Shown here: in pieces, positions 1 to 12,799 of the stretch | Layout: the number at the start of each line of letters is the position of its first letter | How positions within the stretch are numbered: the stretch's first letter is position 1 | Assembly (NCBI RefSeq): GCF_024521635.1 | Contig: NW_026250413.1 | Span: 682,001 to 746,000 of the forward strand | Reading direction: 5' to 3' | DNA length: 64,000 bases | DNA from: Tricharina praecox | Lineage: Eukaryota | The notes under the pieces: generated by a model | Database searches by the model: none | Seen by the model: only the letters and a program-made list of their open reading frames with translations | What the model was told of the DNA's origin: nothing | Program-made: the position numbers and the translations under genes

Positions 1-361
1 GATGCTGATACAGGATTGTGCAGGAACGCCCCAATGTTTAGATCGAGGACGGTTCGTGGACGAGGTGTGGGTTTGGCCAGAGGAAGAGCTACGGTGAATA
101 GGGCGAGGGGTCAGAGGGCTGGTCGTGCGTAGTTGTGTGCTTTGTCGTTTTGGTGATTGCTCAATGCAATTGCGCTCTCAGCGGATCAGGTATGATTGGG
201 GCTGTAATATTAGGTGCGAATATTGAGCTCATTCTTCACATAGGCGAGTGATTGCTTGTGCAGAAACCAGACTTCTCGTTCATTCGCGATCGTACATAAG
301 AGCAATTGAAAATTTGATCCTCCTTCTTGAAATCCCCTGTCTTCCCTTTGAGACGGACCTT

Positions 362-1146
362 TCACGTATACATGTTCAGCGTAATCCCGCTCTGAGGATC
401 CGTCAATTCTGGGCAGACGTTAGTATATGCATGGCCAATCACCCATTCACTTCGTCCGGAAAACGTGATACTCACCGAACCAGTGGAAAAACGCCAACCC
501 TGGGCGACTCGCTGCCACCTCAAAGTCCATACGCTGACCACCCTTGCACGGGATTGTAGCACCCACAACCATTGCATCTCCACCCTCCAGCGGTTGCTAT
601 GCCCTATCAGCCCCCCGTTTCCCTACCATTTCGTTTCACGGGGTACTCACCGTTATGACGAACTGCGGCTTAACCGTCGTCCTCGCGGGCTTATTATTCC
701 ACGACGTGCCACCATTAATGATGATACTCTTGAGGCTCCAGACATCCAGCTTCCCGCTGCCGACAACAACCCACTCATAGCCTCCCACGTCGTCTTCCTT
801 CATGGGCAGGCGGAACTTGATCGAGCAGCGCGTGCCGACATTCGCGGGAACGTCGAAGCCCACGAGAAGCCGCCATTCGTTGCCGGCGCTGGGGCCGTTG
901 TAGGAGACGTCGCCTGTGTATTGCGTGGGGAAGGTAGTGTCGGGGTCGTCTTGGAGGATTGGGACTGGGGATCGTTAGTGAAGGGACGACTGGGGGGAGG
1001 GGGGGGGGGGGACCGAGGTAGTTGGGGAAGACAACTCTCTTGAGGGAGGCGGCGGATACGTCCTCTGCGCCTTCTTCGGCGATGGGGGCGCTGAGAGTGC
1101 TGGTGAGCGTCAGGAAGAGGGTCAGGAGGGTGCCGATGAACTTCAT
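362..1146 (-). CDS. Small secreted protein with But2 (ubiquitin-3 binding protein C-terminal)-like domain, 4 exons
   Basis: ATG at 1146 with signal peptide MKFIGTLLTLFLTLTSTLSAP. Introns at 1013-965 (GTCCCC..CTAAC..CAG), starting 650 (GTGAGT) and starting ~475 (GTGAGT..CTAAC..CAG) join the frames into ...GFDVPANVGTRCSIKFRLP...TSWNNKP...CKGGQRMDFEV...HWFELTDPQSGITLNMYT*, which resembles fungal But2-domain secreted proteins. Confidence 0.7.
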
Positions 1147-2919
1147 GTTTGCGGTGAGGAGACGATAGATATGCTGGACGATGAGGGTGAATTTATACAC
1201 CGATGGCTCCTACGGAAATAACGGCATGATCTTCCTCGTATGCCGTCTGATCAGATGCTCATATCAAGGTTTGGTTCTGTGGACCGTGGAAAGGATTGAT
1301 ATGAAGTAGCCTGATGCCGTGAACTATCAGCTATCACTGTTACCCACGTGTATACAGGACCCTCCTTCGTGGACCGATATTTCCGCTCACTTCCGCCAGC
1401 TTTACGAACCGTTGCTACTAGCATGTAAGGTACAGCAGGTAGTGCTCTGGTAATACGAAGAAACCGTTGATATATCGTAATTTTAGGGACGTAAACATCC
1501 TACAGGGCCACAGACCGTGGTATCCGGGAGTTCCGATTCAAATATAGAGTGGAAACCGTGGAAAAGAGCGCCGGAGATGGTATCATATTCCGCAGCTGGC
1601 CAAGCACCCGTGCGTGCTCGTGCTTCCATGTGGCTGTTTCGCTTGAATAGTGTAATGTAGAACTGAAGCTGTATCTGCAGGTGTCCGTACCGGCTAGGTA
1701 GTCGAGGACCACGGACTGTGTTGTGCGCCTGTGTACCTTGAGATGTTTTTGCAGATGATACCGATAGAACCGTTTCTGTTCACGTGCAAAAGGTCTAGAG
1801 TGTAGCAGACTCGTCGGACGTACTGTACGTGTAGGGAGGATGAACTTCATCCGTGTGTGTGGACTCAATTGCGGGCATACTGAACGGACTGACCTTTGCT
1901 TCCGATTATAGCCCTGGCCTGTCCCCATGCCGATCAGTTCAAGCTCCCTGGCTGGTCCCGTGCCGTCTCGGCAGGCAGGCAGGAGACCACCCCGTCTCGC
2001 CACTTTCCTCCGGTCCGCTCCGGTCCGCTAAGTTCCCGTAACGTAATAATCGTGCATACCACAACCACCCGGGGAAACGATCTCCAGCTGCAAACGTACT
2101 ACCGACCTAACGCCCGGTTTCGGCCCTGGACCCGGCTCCGGACCCGGGGTCGGACGGTAGCATAGGCGGAGATGCACCTACCCCTTCGTATTTGTCGTCT
2201 ATAGACCTAGCGGCGAAGTCGGATGCCGGCTTGGACTTGGAAATCTCGTGGTAAACATGCCACTGCTCGAAGGCACCGGCGGTGAGGGGGTGCTGCAAGC
2301 TTCCGTACTATGAACCTAGGTCAGGTCCTGAGATACTTGAACTTAGAGGGTAAACGGTACCGTTGTAGGAACACACCCGTGGGCTCAGCGTTTTCACATG
2401 GGCGATTGAGATGGCTGGACAGCACGGGTGAAGTGGTAGCAGCAGGACGGCAAATGGCTCCAGCACAAAAGAGCGCGCGGCATGGATACTCACTTGCATT
2501 TGGTTCGATGGATTCGGGTTTTCACTTCACTCCACTTCACTGAAATCAAACGAAACGAAAGGTGTGTAAAGACAGTTGATTGCAAATAAGATAACTTCAT
2601 GAAGTTTTGCAGTGGGAACAAGAGCAGCAGTAACGAGTAATATCAGTCGTAGCTAAAGGCGGTAGTATGTACTCCCCTCTCCCGCATTGTCATGGAACTC
2701 CTCCCAGCCCAAATCCCCTTCTCCACGACTCAACCTAGTAAAAAAGCGAACCAGCGAAAGAAATGAAACAAGAAAAAAAAAGGAAGATGCGAATGCAAGT
2801 AACGCCCGTGCGAAAAGATAAGAGAATCAACCCAGTCATTACTCCCTCAAGATTTTTGTTTCCCACTTCGATCCATATAGGCTGTCGTGACATCTACAAT
2901 CGTAGGTGCAAGTGAAAGC

Positions 2920-5378
2920 CTAAGCAGACTCACATTTGACCTTGACTTTTCTCTCGGCCTCGTCGTCCTATGATGTCTCATCAGTACTGCTTAAAGAACA
3001 AGGGGATGGATAGGAGGAGAAACCCACCTCGGCCTTGCGTTTAACACCCACACTCTCGGGTGTACCCCCTCTACTTCCCGGGGCAGCCGCACCAGCACGG
3101 TCTTTACTAGCTTCTGCATGACAGCTGGCGTGGTAGATCCTATTTCCGACCTGCTTGGCGTCCATCCAGACAAACTCGTCGGTCTCGTCGTGCCAGACGT
3201 ACTTGAGCTCCTCCTGACAGATGGGACACACCCTGTGCGTCTCGGTTGCATCGGGGACGACAACGTATTGGCGTCGGAGCTCTTCGGCAGCGGCTTGCTG
3301 GGTCTCCTGTTTTGGTGCGGAGGAAGCGGCCTCGGCGTCGGCAGTCATAATGTCTTCTGCTTCATCCGGAGTCTTGATCCATTCCTGCAAAAGGATTAGC
3401 TTCTCCACGGCCGTGATTTGGTGATGGGGGGGACACATACCTCTTCGTCAACATACCAACTCCTGTTCTGACCACGCTTGACACTCTCGGCCATGCGCTG
3501 GTGCACACGGAAGTGCCAATCAAGATGCGCCCTCTTCTCCGCGCGGCCTTTCTCCGAATCTTCAAAGCGTCTGGCGCAGGAGCTGCACTTGTTCGGGAGA
3601 GTCTCATTCAGTCTGGGGATGAGGTGCGGACGAGGCCTACAAGGAAAGCCCGAGAACGGTCCAAAATCAGCATATGTACAATCTCGGTGCGACAATTCGT
3701 GTTTTCCTTCAAGTTTTGTGGAACAAGTGGGCAAGGCCACAGATATGGGAGAAATGAATGAAAGGTGAGTGGGAGCACACTACATTTTCAAAGAGAGCGA
3801 TTTCATTTCTACATCGATTGAACGCCAGTCCCTTGCTCTGTTACCTGTGTTCGACTGATTCTGCTGACGGTGGTTCGCCGGCTGTGGCTGCTGGGACATC
3901 ACATTCCTCGGATGCAGTAATGGAAGAGGAAACGAGAGAGGCTGTCCAACTGGAGGGGGAGGGGGGGGGAGGGGGGAGGTTTGGTAGCAGTCCAGCTTTT
4001 TGTAGGGAAGCGAACAAAGCCGCTGGATCCATGTTACCAAAGTTGGGCATTGCTGGCGGTGGCGGAGGTGGTGGCTGGATGGGCGGCGGGACCATCATCG
4101 GAGCCGGAGGTAGTGAAAAGGAGGCCGGCATACCCATTGGCGGCTGAGAACCTGGAGGAGGGAGGGGAACCGTGGCCAGGAGAGAGGCCAAATCCTGAGT
4201 GCTCAACATCGGCAATGGCGGCGGCATCTGAGGGGCGGGTGGCTGTGGCGGCGGTGGAGTCGGAGCCATCACCGGCGGCGGTGGAGTCGGGTTGGCCAGA
4301 GCCCGGACCTGATCTCGGATGAGTACAAGCTGGGCTTCGGGCAGCTGTTGAGTCTTCAGGATGTTCCGGAGGTCAACCAAGGCCTGTAGTCGCTTCTGCA
4401 ACTCGTGATTCTGTGGCTCGCGTTTAACGGCCGTTTGACACGAATCAATGAGGCGGAAGATATCACTTTGCAACGTGTCTACATTTCCACCAGCTTGTGG
4501 CGGTGGGCCCCCCTGAAGGGGAAGCTGCTGCAATCCCCCAGAAGCCGAAGCGTTGCCCATGGCCGACTGAGAAGACATAGATGTATAAGCCTGCGTCCCC
4601 CCCAAATGGTTCTTATGCCCACCCACCGCAGTACCGTTTTGCTGTGCCTGGGGTGTTCCAGTAGCACTTCTGTGATAATCCTCGTATCCATGGCCATTAG
4701 GATGTGGTGGCGGAGTATTTCTGAACTGTTGCGGGGGCGGGGTCCTGCCGACCGCTCTGTCCAGACCGAGGGCCTGGCTCTGTCGCATCTGTTTCTGCTG
4801 AAAATGCAGCGCCGCGGTCCGAGCCTTGATCAGAGCATTGTCGATTTTGCGTGTGACCTCCTGTCCAAAGACCGGCGCTGACGAGGTCGAACCTGGAACT
4901 GCCTGCTTCCATGTCTGGAGCATCTCCTCGAGTTTCCGTCGCACCGGTTGTTCAACCACTATGTATGCATCCATGAAGGTCTGGTACAAGTTCCGCTGGA
5001 AGAATAGGGTGTAGGGAGTGCCGACATTTTTGGCGATAGAGTCGAGAAGGTACAGTGCGGGGAGTTTTCGCGACGGTGCGGTCTGGAGAAGTCGTTAGCT
5101 CTCCTGTTGTCACGGTAACTTTGTCATCATATATTGGGGGGAGGGTGGTTTATATAGAACCTGACTCAACCTGACGACGGGTACCTACACCGGGGGAGAG
5201 TGTATGAACCTACATTATGGATGTGCTGCTCTAGTGTCCTGGCAATCGCTTGAGCTGCATGGATATTCTCCCTTGCGATGACAGTGAGATTGCTAATTTC
5301 GTACCTAGAGTTGAAAGACAAATCTTCAAGCGAGGCCTTGTAATCCTCCGCCAACTCATCAGAAGACAAACCTGACAT
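2920..5378 (-). CDS. PCF11: mRNA cleavage/polyadenylation factor Pcf11 (CID domain, Pro-rich middle, C-terminal zinc fingers), multi-exon
   Basis: N-terminal CID-like DYKASLEDLSFNSRYEISNLTVIARE; CSSCARRF..HLDWHF..NRSWY and CPICQE..WHDETDEFVWMDA..YHASC zinc-binding motifs. The 3' end at 2920 is approximate (last small exon DDEAERKVKVKCESA*). Confidence 0.9.
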
Positions 5379-6542
5379 TGCCTTGTTGTTGAACTGTGTG
5401 TATGTTGAATATTGTGTGTATAAACGCGAGCCTGAGGAAAGAAGTCGTGTGTCGGAGGGTGTTCGGGCGAGGATGCCGGGAGTTGGTGGTGTTAGTGTTG
5501 AAGTTGAAGTGAGTAGGTGAACAAAGAGTGCGCAGACAGACAGGCAGTTGGAGGCACAATTGTAATCGCGACAACAGCTTTTTCTTCTTTTCTTCTTCTC
5601 CTTCTCTTGAACTTCTCCGTTCTCTTCTCCGTCGTCCTGACACTAAACGGTTGCAACCTAACTACGCAAAGCGAGAAAGAAAAAAGCAAGATAGATTTGG
5701 TATCGGCCAGGAAAAAGAATCACACAATGTCCAAATGTCGCGATTCTTGATCCTTCAGACCCTGCGTTCCCTTCTATTCCTCTTGCTTTTGCTTCTGCTC
5801 TTGCTGTGCCCGGATGAAGGAACTTCTGCCACAGACACACACGCGTGCTTCTCTCTGTCCCTATGAACTACACGCGAAACGGAGCGAGGGGGGTGGTTAG
5901 ACCAAGACTGTGCGGGAAGTTGTCGCGCCGGGAAGACTCGGTGGAAGAGCACTGTCGGTGGAAGAGTCGACCGGCTTTGTGATTTGCGTACGGACGAAGG
6001 TGGCTGTGGAGACGTGGAGGTGGTGATGAAGAGAGGTGGAGTCAGTGATATTGAAGGTTGAAGTCGGAGATGAGGTTAGGGAACGACGAATGCATGTTGA
6101 CCGGCCTCTGTCGACGCTGACTCATGCTTTGCCAAGCCACATTGCCCACAAACCGATGATTCACAGACAAAGAAAACTACAGCGACAAAGCTTGCAGATT
6201 CATATGAAGAACAAATAACCGCCAAGTTTAGCATGTATTGAAACATTTGGGCGACGTGGTGTGGACTATCGGTCTTTTTCGTCGTGCGTGGGCCCGGGGA
6301 AAGGAACAAGCCGGGGGCGGGGGTTCAAAGCCCGTGCAGATTTTAGCTCGCGTTGCAACTTTTTTTTCTCGCTTCCTCTGCTTATCACTCGCCGTGTTTT
6401 ATACATCGTTGATACGTCCCTCAGTCCTCTCCTCCTTCTACTCCTCCTCCTTCGTCTTGCGCTCCACGAACTCCTCAGATTCTCACAATCACACGAGCCC
6501 TCTCCTCTCCTCCCACCTCCTACTACGCAAACCTCGTCCACC

Positions 6543-7603
6543 ATGTCTCCCATAGCAGCATCCTCTTCGTCGGCGAAGTCGGTTAAGAAGGAGTCGACTC
6601 TAGCTCGTCTCCTCGGTTCTGGTACGTTCAGCTCGTGGTGGAATTGAAGGATTACACACGCAATCACCGCCTCTGCCCCTCAATGGCCATTGCTAACACT
6701 CCCCAGGCTCCGCCGGTATCGCCGAGTTGGCCATCTTCCACCCCGTGGACACAATCGCCAAGCGTCTGATGTCCAACCAGGGCAAGATTTCCTCCAGCAA
6801 CACTCTCCGTACAGTGATCTTCAAGGAGTACGCCTCTGCCACCGTCGGGCGCAAGTTCCTCTCGCTCTTCCCCGGTCTCGGATACGCCGCCGGCTACAAA
6901 GTTCTGCAGCGCATCTACAAATACGGTGGACAGCCTTTCGTCCGCGACTACCTCGGAACCCACCACGGCGACAAGTTCGACCGCACCTTCGGCAAGGGTA
7001 CCGGAAAGGCGATCATGCACGCCACCGCCGGTTCCATCATCGGTATCGGAGAGATCGTGCTCCTGCCCCTTGACGTCCTGAAGATCAAGCGCCAGACGAA
7101 CCCCGAGGCGTTCCGCGGCCGTGGTCTGTTCAAGATCATTTCCGACGAGGGTTTCGGACTCTACCGTGGATGGGGCTGGACCGCCGCCCGTAACGCTCCC
7201 GGATCGTTTGCGCTCTTCGGAGGTTCCGCATTCGCCAAGGAGGCCCTCGGCATTGCCGACTACAACAAGGCTACCTGGAGCCAGAACTTCATCGCGTCGA
7301 TTGCTGGTGCTACCGCATCCCTAGTTGTCTCAGCTCCCCTCGACGTCATCAAGACCCGTATTCAGAACCGCAACTTCGAGAACCCCGAGAGCGGCTTCAA
7401 GATCATTACCAAAATGATGAAGAATGAGGGTGCCACTTCGTTCTTCAAGGGTCTTACTCCTAAGCTGTTGATGACCGGACCTAAGCTCGTGTTCTCTTTC
7501 TGGCTGGGTAAGATCTCCCGTTTCCCCACATCCACTTCCCCGAAGTACGGCTGACCATATGATAGCACAAACTTTGATCCCCGCGTTCGACAAGATTTTG
7601 TAA
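6543..7603 (+). CDS. GGC1: Mitochondrial GTP/GDP carrier (SLC25 family), 3 exons
   Basis: ARLLGSG+AGIAELAIFHPVDTIAKRLMSN, YKVLQRIYKYGGQP, PLDVLKIKRQTNPE, PLDVIKTRIQN, GLTPKLLMTGPKLVFSF give three PxD/ExxK/R carrier motifs typical of Ggc1/Yhm1. Confidence 0.93.
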
Positions 7604-9009
7604 ACACCTCCTTCCTCCCTCCTTCCCAATCCCGCTCCACCCTACTCACCGATTTATACCCCCTGACGACTCGGAGCAAACGGGACGGAAAACTTGCAAT
7701 TTACTACGGCGTACCAAAAAAAAAACTGATTTGGTGGAATTGGATGGATGGATGCACATGCATGTGTATTGTATTATTAGGGTAGACTTCGGAATTGCGT
7801 TTTTTTGTTTTTTTTGCTTATGGGATTCGGACAACTGTTGGTTTGTTTTTTGCATACCTTTGATGAAAGAAAGTTAGTGATGAGACCGGCGTAAAGCATG
7901 GATTTTATTTATTCTCCGCTCTAGAGAGATGGGTGTATTTGTATGTACGTACATAGAGAGAGAGAGGTATACCTGGGTAGATTGGATGGTGATATGATAT
8001 CCACGCTTCGAGTTCAGATCGGCTCCTCCCTTCCACCTATTTCTCAGCTCGTGATATCGATTAGAACTCGTCTAGGTACTCTCTCGCCTAGGAAGAAAAA
8101 GTAACGATTTCAAAGGAGGGTGTCGAGCTATTAGTATTGGCCGTCATTCACTGGCCACTCCCTTGTCTGACGATCATGGAATTCCCCAGCCTACGACAAC
8201 CGGCAGCTACCGTAGATAGTCTCCCCATTCCAGTCCAACTGCCTGCAGTTATGCCAAACAGATTATTCGGATGACCCTATGTACACAGCTCCGTGGCTGT
8301 GGCTGTGGATCCGAGTCCGAGTCTGAGTCCGAGCCTCCGAGGGTTTCCCAATTACTCCAATGCAGGAACTCAATCCTCAATCGCAGCCACCGCCATAAAC
8401 ACCATCCATACAAACCAGCCCATACCCCGTCCATATCGTGACTTCTCAGACATCCATATGTAGATGCTCCGTACATCATACGGAGTCCAACATTCTTCGG
8501 AAAATCTTTGTTCCGGTCACGTGCTGTACTCAGAACCTAGACGCGCTAAACGCGTACCTGTTCCATGATGGCCTCGCGCTACGACGTCGTGCTGTGGGAT
8601 GGGATGGGACAGACGCCGGTCAACCACTTGGCAGTTGGCACCGGTTCGAGCATCGCCTTGTGGGCACTAGAAGATCAAACGCGTGAGCCTATCCACCTCA
8701 TAGTCAACTTCGGTCTTCATGCTAGTTTGGCTGGCTGGTGCAGTGTACCTACTACCGACTGGAGATTTGAGGGTGATCAACGGAACGGGACGTTACGGGA
8801 GGGGGTGAAGCTTCAAGTAGTTCTATGAATGCAGAAACCCGACGACCAGCCTCCTCTTATCTTGCATCCAGCCGTCACTTTGGTCATTACTTCTCGCTGC
8901 TTCATAATGTAGATTCATGGCAATACATAAATACGCGCGTGCCCCGGCCCCTGGGCCGCCAGTCAGTACTCTAGATCCTCTAGTAGTGGTTAACCAGCTT
9001 CCCCACACG

Positions 9010-12000
9010 ATGCATCTTCACGAAATAACAATCCCCACCTTCTTGATAATGCAGCTGCCACTCCTATCAGCGTTGCGCATATTAGCGTCGGTATCCTCAC
9101 CAATACCAACACAATCGTGCCCACGCGCCGTAAATATTTCCACTAGCTGGGATCTTCTGGGGCCGTTCCAGCTAGGTACACGCGGTAAGCCAGCCAGCTA
9201 AGCCAGCTAAGCCAGCCAAGCACCTAGCCGCGTAACCACCACCAACTAACAATGGTGTGCCTCTCCAGAAGCCGAATGGACCGGCGACCCAGTCTCGCGA
9301 TACGGCGGGTTCGGAGCATTGAGCTTCTCCTCTAACGGGAGCTTTCCGAGTGCCCTGGCCCCGAACGGGACCGCGGGCTGGTCGGCAGCTACAGCCTCTG
9401 GCGGAAACGTCCTGGTCTCCTTCCCGGAGGTGGACTGGGACGCCCTCCGGTCCGTGTACGGCTGGTCGGCGTTGCAGTTCCAAGCTTGGGCGCGCGGCGA
9501 GGTGGTGTTGTGCTCCGAGGCGACGGTGGCGCTGTATATCTCTGGCGCGGCTGCGGAGTTCAGTATTGCGGGGAGACGACATGTAGGCGGGGATTATTAC
9601 GAGTTCCGCCGCGCCCCGTTGGTGGTCAGGCTGCCTGCCGGAAGGCATGCTATTGATGTTAGGGTAACGCATGATATTAGAGCGTTTGGGGGCGTAGATA
9701 GTGTCAAGTTTAGGGTTGAGGCAGTGGTTGTGGAGGGTGGAATGAGCGTGGGAGAGGGCGTGGTGGTGCCTGATGTGGTTGAAGGAAGATTGGTGGGTGA
9801 GTGGGTGAGTGTTCCGGTCCGGAATGATGGCGTGGACTGGATCCAGGTGGTGGGTGTACGCGGAAAGAGAGTAAGTGGATACTCCCCCACTATCAGTGGA
9901 AATTTCTAACCGGAAGTTTCTGAAGAATTCCACCAGAGTGGCGGGGTTCGAGTCGGTAAGATTGGCACCCGGACAGTCCAGGCCGATCAAATTTCGGGTT
10001 ACAGACGTCCCTGCCAACACGACGACCTTGGAAATGGTGTTGAGATATCGGCGAGAGGGCGGGATCGAGGATCACGAAGTGCCGGTCACCAAGTATTTAA
10101 ATCTCATCGAACACTGGTATCAGCCACAGAAATACACGTAAGTGCAACCCATATTCTCTGATTGGCCTATTACCAACAAGTCAGATTTCTGCACCCATCC
10201 GGTATAGTTTCGTATGCTGTACTTAGACCGCCGTCTCCAAACGCTCCATGCAAGGCGGTACTGGAGAAAAAACTGCCTATCTTCCTGTCTCTGCACGGGG
10301 CTGGCGTGGAAGCAGATAACCCACAATCCAAAGAGTCTTATGACGGGCTTCCTGATCTCTGTGCATGGCTCGTACTCCCTAGCGGAGGAACCACCTGGAG
10401 TGGTGATGACTGGCGTGCGTTTCCAGTCACCCTATACGCCTTCCCTTCCGAAGATGCTGATTGATTCACAGATAGGTGGGGATTCCCCGATGTCGAAGCT
10501 GCGATTGCGGCGATACCTCGATGGATGAAGAAGGTGAACTGGACACGGCAAGGCGTACACCTTGATAGATGGGTTGTCAGTGGCCATTCAAACGGCGGGC
10601 AAGGGACTTGGTATGCGCTCACGCATAGGTAATCCGATATCAAAACGCTTCAAGGTGGAAATCCCCAAGATTAATGGCCTGTAGGAGTGACAATATCATC
10701 GCCGCAGCACCACTTTCGGGATACCTTTCCATTCCCGTGTATGTGCCATACCACATGTGGCATGAATCCGATCCTCGAAAGAATGCGATAGTCCTCGCAT
10801 CGTTGAACAGCTATAAGCACGAGCTCCTGGCTCCGAATGTGCGAGGCACGCCTGTATTGCAACAGCATGGAAGAGACGACGATAACGTTCCGGTCTATCA
10901 TTCCAGACGAATGCATCAGCTTATCGCAGAAGAAGATTGGTTGACTGAGTATTGGGAGATTCCGCACAAGGGACATTGGTGGGAGGGGGTCATGACCGAC
11001 AGTAGACTGCCCGAATTCCTGAGACACCATCTGAACGACAAGCCAGTGGTTCCAGAGTTGCCTGATAAATTCTCGCTAGTTGTGGCAAATCCTGCAGATA
11101 TGGGCTCAAGAGGTGGTATCATTGTGGACCAACTTGAAGAACCGGATAGGTATGTACATACCGATTCCACACCGTGCCCCGTGACGGCCTTTCTGACTTG
11201 CCATCCCAGAATCGGCCGTATAGACGTCGAGGTGCAAGGCAGCACCTGGTCCCTGACGACTTCGAACATCCGCAGATGGCATTTTGCGGGACTGAGGTCA
11301 TATACCAGCGAATATCCGGAGCGAGTGATTGTCGACGAGCAAGCCGTCGTTTTCCCGGCTGTCTGGAATCCTTCGTCGACGGTTTTGCTTTCGAATAGCG
11401 GTTCTTGGATGGTATGGTCATGGGACTAGAATTTCGCCGATGGTTGGCATGGCTAACGATGCGTTGTAGGTTACGGAAGATGCGGACTGGCGAGAGGGCG
11501 AGAGGGCTAGACGGCAGTGTGGTGCATTGGACGCCTTCCTTGCTTCCCGCGGACCGTTCCGCATAATGGTTCCCACAGGAGCAACTGCCTTTGAGCGGGC
11601 TGCAGCACTAGACGTATCGAGGAACCTCTATCAGTTCTTCGCAGCAGACACCGAGATTACCAGCCAGCTCGAAGATACCAGCGCCGATGGCAACGCAGTC
11701 ATTTTTGGCCGACCATCGCCAGATCTCGCATGTGCCACCGATAGCTTTCCCATCACCATCTCGGACAAGGCCGTTGAGATCACCGATGCGATGGGCAAGA
11801 CAAAGCGGCTAAAAATTGAAAGCGGAATGGGCGCAATATACATCTGCCCTCTCCCCCGGGGACGGTTGATGCTCGTGCTGTGGGGAGCAGACGAGGCCGG
11901 CCTGCTTGCCGCTACTCGCCTCTTGCCGCTCAGGACCGGAGTGGGCCAGCCCGACTTTGTTGTGATCGGGAGAGACTCGAGCTGGGCAGGGGTGGGCGGA

Positions 12001-12060
12001 GCAAAAGCACTTGGAATGTTTGACTCCACATGGCGAGTCTCAAGGGCTTCGTATGTATGA
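9010..12060 (+). CDS. Putative secreted alpha/beta-hydrolase (peptidase S9-like), multi-exon
   Basis: Hydrophobic N-terminus, WDLLGPFQLGTRE, LHGAGVEAD, nucleophile elbow GHSNGGQG (~10581-10605), QHGRDDDNVP and KGHWW as candidate Asp/His, and C-terminal LRTGVGQPDF. Exons are joined by canonical GT-AG introns. Confidence 0.75.
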
Positions 12061-12799
12061 GCCTCGCTGTTGTCTTTCATCCAAACAGACAGCCGAGGCA
12101 TGATCAAGACGGCACGAATTCCAGCAATGCACGTATGCACAAATGCATGCAGACACATACAGAATACCATCACGTGCCTGCTTGATACTGTTGTACTATT
12201 GCATCTGTGCCGTAGACCTCTCCTGCGCTGCTGTTCTGTTTGCCGAAGGGTGTTGCATGCATCTTGCATCCTTGTATTTAATACATTCATACATTCAGAT
12301 CGTGGTTCACATCTTCGACATAGAGACAATCATTCAACCAAAACAAACACTCTTCTTCTCGTTTCTGTGCACAGCAACAACACAACCTGCCCTACTAACA
12401 AGCAACTCACAAAATTTCCTCATTTGGACACAAATTTGGCCGACTCCAAATTAATTGAATTCCCATAAAAAACCCACGATTCAACCCTCTTCTTCCTTTC
12501 CCCTTCCTCCTCCCTTCTTCTCTCCTCCTCCCTTTCTCCCCTAACTCCCTTCAAATCTTCTAAATCCCTACCACCTTTCTACAGGCTTCTCTGGTGCTGT
12601 CCTCACCAAACCTACTGTTCCTACTCAACGTCCCAGCCCTCTCTCTCTAACATCTATCCCTCCTGAACTTCAGGAATCCTTCTACTTCCATCCTCAATTC
12701 TCTCCTCTTCTCCTCCTTCCTTTGCAGACCAGGTTTGCAGACCAGGCCCATTTCAAGCATCAATCCATCATCAAGGAATACATCTACTGCTACAGCAGA

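Noticed and set aside
775-1200. Frameshift in the poly-G/C run of the secreted protein gene
   Set aside because: Explained by a 49-nt intron with a branch point and acceptor.
1500-2543. Short ORFs and GC-rich CCGG palindromes between the But2-like gene and PCF11
   Set aside because: No coherent exon structure or family motif, and the palindromes are short.
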